Shown here: one piece after another, positions 60,185 to 64,000 of the stretch
Position numbering within the stretch: the first letter of the stretch is position 1
How the letters are laid out: each line of letters begins with the position of its first letter
Origin: Squalus acanthias
Lineage: Eukaryota
Direction: 5' to 3'
Assembly (NCBI GenBank): GCA_030390025.1
Contig: CM059425.1
Span: 175,462,001 to 175,526,000, forward strand
Length of the DNA: 64,000 bases
Position numbers and translations under genes: made by a program
The notes under the pieces: model-generated
The model's input: only the letters and a program-made list of their open reading frames with translations
Told to the model about the DNA's origin: nothing
The model's database searches: none

Positions 60185-61040
60185 CTAGAACAATCTGAAG
60201 TGGTCAAATTTGCTGATGGTGCTAAACTGTGAGAAACAGTGGAATCAAGAAAGCAGCACCCAAGTTTCAATGAGTTGGATTAAATATGTATGTGGGCCGA
60301 TCAGTGGCAGATGAAATTGAATGTGAATAAGTGCAAAGTACTGCACATAGGATAGAAAAATAAGCAATAAATGTACTCAGTGAATGGTCTTAAAATAGCT
60401 ACATATGAAGTGGAAAGAGACCTAACAGTCTTAGTAGATTCAACATTTAACATGTCCAACCAGAAGTCAACAAATCCAATAGAATGTTAAACTACATAGT
60501 CAAAAGAGGAGAAATATAACTCTGAAGAAATTGTGCTCAACCTTTACAGTTCTCTGGTTAGATTACACATTGAGTACTGCATCTAGTTCTGGTTGCTGAG
60601 ATATAACTGAGATTCAGCACTGGAGGCAGTGCAGGGTAGAACCCATAAGGCTGATCCCTAGTGTCTGAAGACTGAGTTGTGAAGAAATATTAGAGAGGCT
60701 TGGGCTTTGCAGCCTGGGAAAGCGGCATTTGAGAGGTGATCTTATAGAGGTATATAGGATGGTAAATTGTATGGAAAAGATAAATCTGGAATATTACAAT
60801 AAATTGAGAGTAGTGCAAGGCGACACGGTTCAAACTCTTAAAAAGTAACTTTAGGACTGATATCAGGAAACTCTTCACGCAGAGAATGATGAGTATTTGA
60901 AATGGTGCTTCTCAAAAAACAAAACCCCTTTATGCATTAAACAAACAATTGGATGCTGCAATGGGGGTACTATAGAGAACTTCTGGTTGGATAAGCTAAT
61001 ATGGGCTGAATGTTCTTCCTCATCTATAATTATCTTGTGA
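60185..61040 (+). mobile_element. Old CR1 LINE remnant
   Basis: Degenerate [33 protein letters not shown] motifs. Confidence 0.75.
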
Positions 61041-61398
61041 CTTTTCCTTTCTCCCCTCCTAGTGGGAAAGTGCAGGGCTTATATTTGCCTGATGGCACAG
61101 CTGAAAACAGGAATGCACTATGTAGGGAATCAAAAGTACAAACCCACTTTGTGGCATAGAGGGTATGAGCTTCAGTTTGCTATGGCACTGCATAATATAA
61201 TAGCCTATAGAAGAAAATGTGTTCAGTCTTTAATCATATCCAGCTCATATTTAGTAGTCAGCAATTTGCTGTGGATTTTTGCAAGTTTACTTTGCTTGCC
61301 AAAGTGGATATGGTTATAACATAATTACAAGTGTACACAATGAAAATTATTATTGCTGTAAGTAGATAGCTTTTTGTTTGAGTGTTTTAAGCATTAAA

Positions 61399-64000
61399 GC
61401 ATAGAAGATAGGAGCAGGAGTAGGCCATTCGGCCCCTCAAGCCTGCTCCGCCATTTAATGAGATCAAGGCTGATCATCCAAATTCAGTACCCTGTCCCTG
61501 CTTTCTCCCCATATCCCTTGATCCCTTTAGCCTTAAGAAATATATCTATCTCCTTCTTGAAATATATTTAATGAATTGGCCTCAACTGCCTTCTGTGGTA
61601 GAGAATTCCACAGGTTCACCACTCTCTGGGTGAAGAAATTCCTCATCTCAGTCCTAAATGGCTTACCCCTTATCCTTAGACTGTGACCTCTGGTTCTGGA
61701 CTCCCCCGCCATCGGGAACATCCTTCCTGCATCTAGTCTGTCTAGTCCTGTTAGAATTTTATAAGTTACAATGAGATCCCCTCTCATTCTTCGAAACTCT
61801 AGCGAATATAAGCCTAATCGACCCAATCTCTTTCCATACGTCATTCCTGCCATCCCAGGTATCAGTCTGGTAAATCTTCGCTGCACTCCCTCCATGGCAA
61901 GAACATCCTTCCTCAGATAAGGCGACCAAAACTGCACACTATACTCAAGGTGTGGTCTCACCAAGGCCTTGTACAACTGCAGCAAGACATCCTTGCTCCT
62001 GTACTCGAATCCTCTCGCTATGAAGGCCAACATACCATTTGCCTTCTTAACCGCCTGCTGCACCTGCATGCTTACCTTCAGCGACTTGTGCACAAGGACT
62101 CCCAGATCTCATTGCACTTCCCCTTTTCCCAATCTATTGCCGTTCAGATAATCTGTCTTCCTGTTTTTGCCACCAAAGTGGATAACATCGCATTTATCCA
62201 CATTATACTGCATCTGCCCAATCACCCAACCTGTCCAAATCATACTGGAGTTTCTCTGCATCCTCCTCGCAGCACACACGCCCACCCAGCTTTGTGTCGT
62301 CTGCAAACTTAGAGATATTACATCTAGTTCCCTCGTCTAGATCATTAATATATATTGTGAATAGCTGGGGTCCTAGCACCGATCCCTGTGGTACCCCACT
62401 AGTCACTGCCTGCCACTCAGAAAAAGACCCGTTTATTCCAACTCTTTGCTTCCTGTCTGCCAACCAGTTCTCTATCCAAATCAGTACCTCACCCCCAATC
62501 CCATGTGCTTTAACTTTGCACGCTAATCTCTTATGCGGGACCTTATCGAAAGCCTTCTGAAAGTCCAAATACATCACATCCACTGTTTCTCCCTTATCTA
62601 TTCTACCAGTTACATCCTCAAAAAATTCCAGTATGTTAGTCAGGCATGATTTCCCTTTTGTAAATCCATGTTGACTTTGTCCGATCCTGTCACTGTTTTC
62701 CAAGTGCTCTGCTATTACATCTTTTATAATGGACTCTAGCATTTTGCCCACTACCGATGTCAGGCTTACCAGTCTATAATTCCCCGTTTTTTCTCTGCCA
62801 CCTTTTTTAAATAGTGGGGTTACATTCGCTACCCTCCAATCCATGGGAACTGTTCCAGAGTCCATAGAATTTTGAAAAATGACCAGCAATGCATCTACTA
62901 TTTCTAGGGCCCCTTCCTTAAGTACCTTAGGATGTAGATTATCAGGCCCTGGGGATTTATCGGCCTTCAATCCCGTCAATTTCCCTAACACCATTTCCCT
63001 ACAAATAGTGATTTCATTCAATTCCTCCCTCTCATTAGACCCTATGTTCCCCGACATCTCTGGGAGTTTATTTGTGTCCTCCTTTGTGAAGACAGAACCA
63101 AAGTATGTGTTTAATTCGTCAGTCATTTCTTTGTTCTCCATTATAAATTCCCCTGATTCTGACTGCAAGGGACCTACGCTTGACTTCACCAATCTTTTTC
63201 TCTTCACATATCTATAGAAGCTTTTGCAGTCAGTTGTTATGTTCCCTGAAAGCTTACTCTCATATTCTATTTCCCCCCTCTTAATTAATCCCTTTGTCCT
63301 CCTTTGCTGAATCCTAAACTGCTCCCAGTCCTCAGGTTTGCTGCTTTTTCTAGCCAATTTATATGTCCTCTCCTTGGATCTTATGCTATCCCTAATTTCC
63401 CTTGTTAGCCACGGTTGAGTCACCTTTTTTGTTGTTTTTTATGCCAAACAGGGATGAACAAATTCTGTAGTTCATCCATGCGATCTTTAAATGTTTGCCA
63501 TTGCCTATCCACCGTCAAACCTTTAAGTAACGCTCCCCAATCCACCCTAGCCAACTCGCGCCTCATACCATCGTAGTTTCCTTTATTTAAATTCAGGACC
63601 CTAGTCTCTGAGTCAACTACTTCACTCTCCATCTTAATGAAGAATTCTCTCATATTATGATCGCTCCTCCCAAGGGGCCTCACACAACAAGATTGCTAAT
63701 TAATCCTTTCTCATTACATAATACCCAGTCTAAGATGGCCTGATCTCTAGTTGGTTCCTCGACATATTGGTCCAGGAAGCCATCACGTATACACTCTAGG
63801 AATTCCTCCTCCACAGTATTGTTACTAATTTGGTTAGCCCAATCTATATGTAGATTAAAGTCACCCATGATAACTGCTGTGCCCTTATTGCACGCGTCTC
63901 TAATTTCCCGTTTAATGCCATCCCCAACCTCAGCATTACTATTTGGGGGTTTGTATACAACTCCCACTAATGTTTTCTGCCCCTTGGTATTTCTCAGCTC
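61399..64000 (-). mobile_element. Long CR1 LINE ORF2 (APE endonuclease end, RT, 3' UTR), runs off the window; few frameshifts
   Basis: GVVYKPP..MGDFN..SDH; 406-aa RT ORF with [20 protein letters not shown]; 3' tail at about 61400. Confidence 0.96.

Overview
Eukaryotic, intron-rich genomic DNA, inferred to be from a cartilaginous fish (shark-like), based on HE1/V-SINE, Deu-type SINEs and HER1-like CR1 LINEs. The window holds the 5' part of the RNA helicase gene YTHDC2 on the + strand: a CpG-island promoter and probable non-coding first exon at about 8.3-8.7 kb, then 23 coding exons from 11913 to 59743. All introns are GT-AG with consistent phases, giving 3223 nt (1074 codons) covering R3H, the DEVH helicase core with ankyrin insertion, HA2 and the start of the OB-like region. 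The YTH domain lies beyond the right edge. Nearly all other ORFs in the track are pieces of transposons: CR1 and L2 LINEs, Penelope-like elements with hammerhead-ribozyme tails, PIF/Harbinger and hAT DNA elements, an ERV-like 3' LTR and a solo LTR. The most unusual signal is a MITE-derived hairpin at 26888-27055 whose arm mismatches are 24 G.U versus 1 A.C on the transcribed strand. Other leads are Penelope palindromes carrying sense-strand hammerhead motifs inside the pre-mRNA, and an intronic MITE that looks like a promoter plus first exon. Repeat family names come from recognition, not database searches, and repeat boundaries are approximate unless termini or TSDs are quoted.
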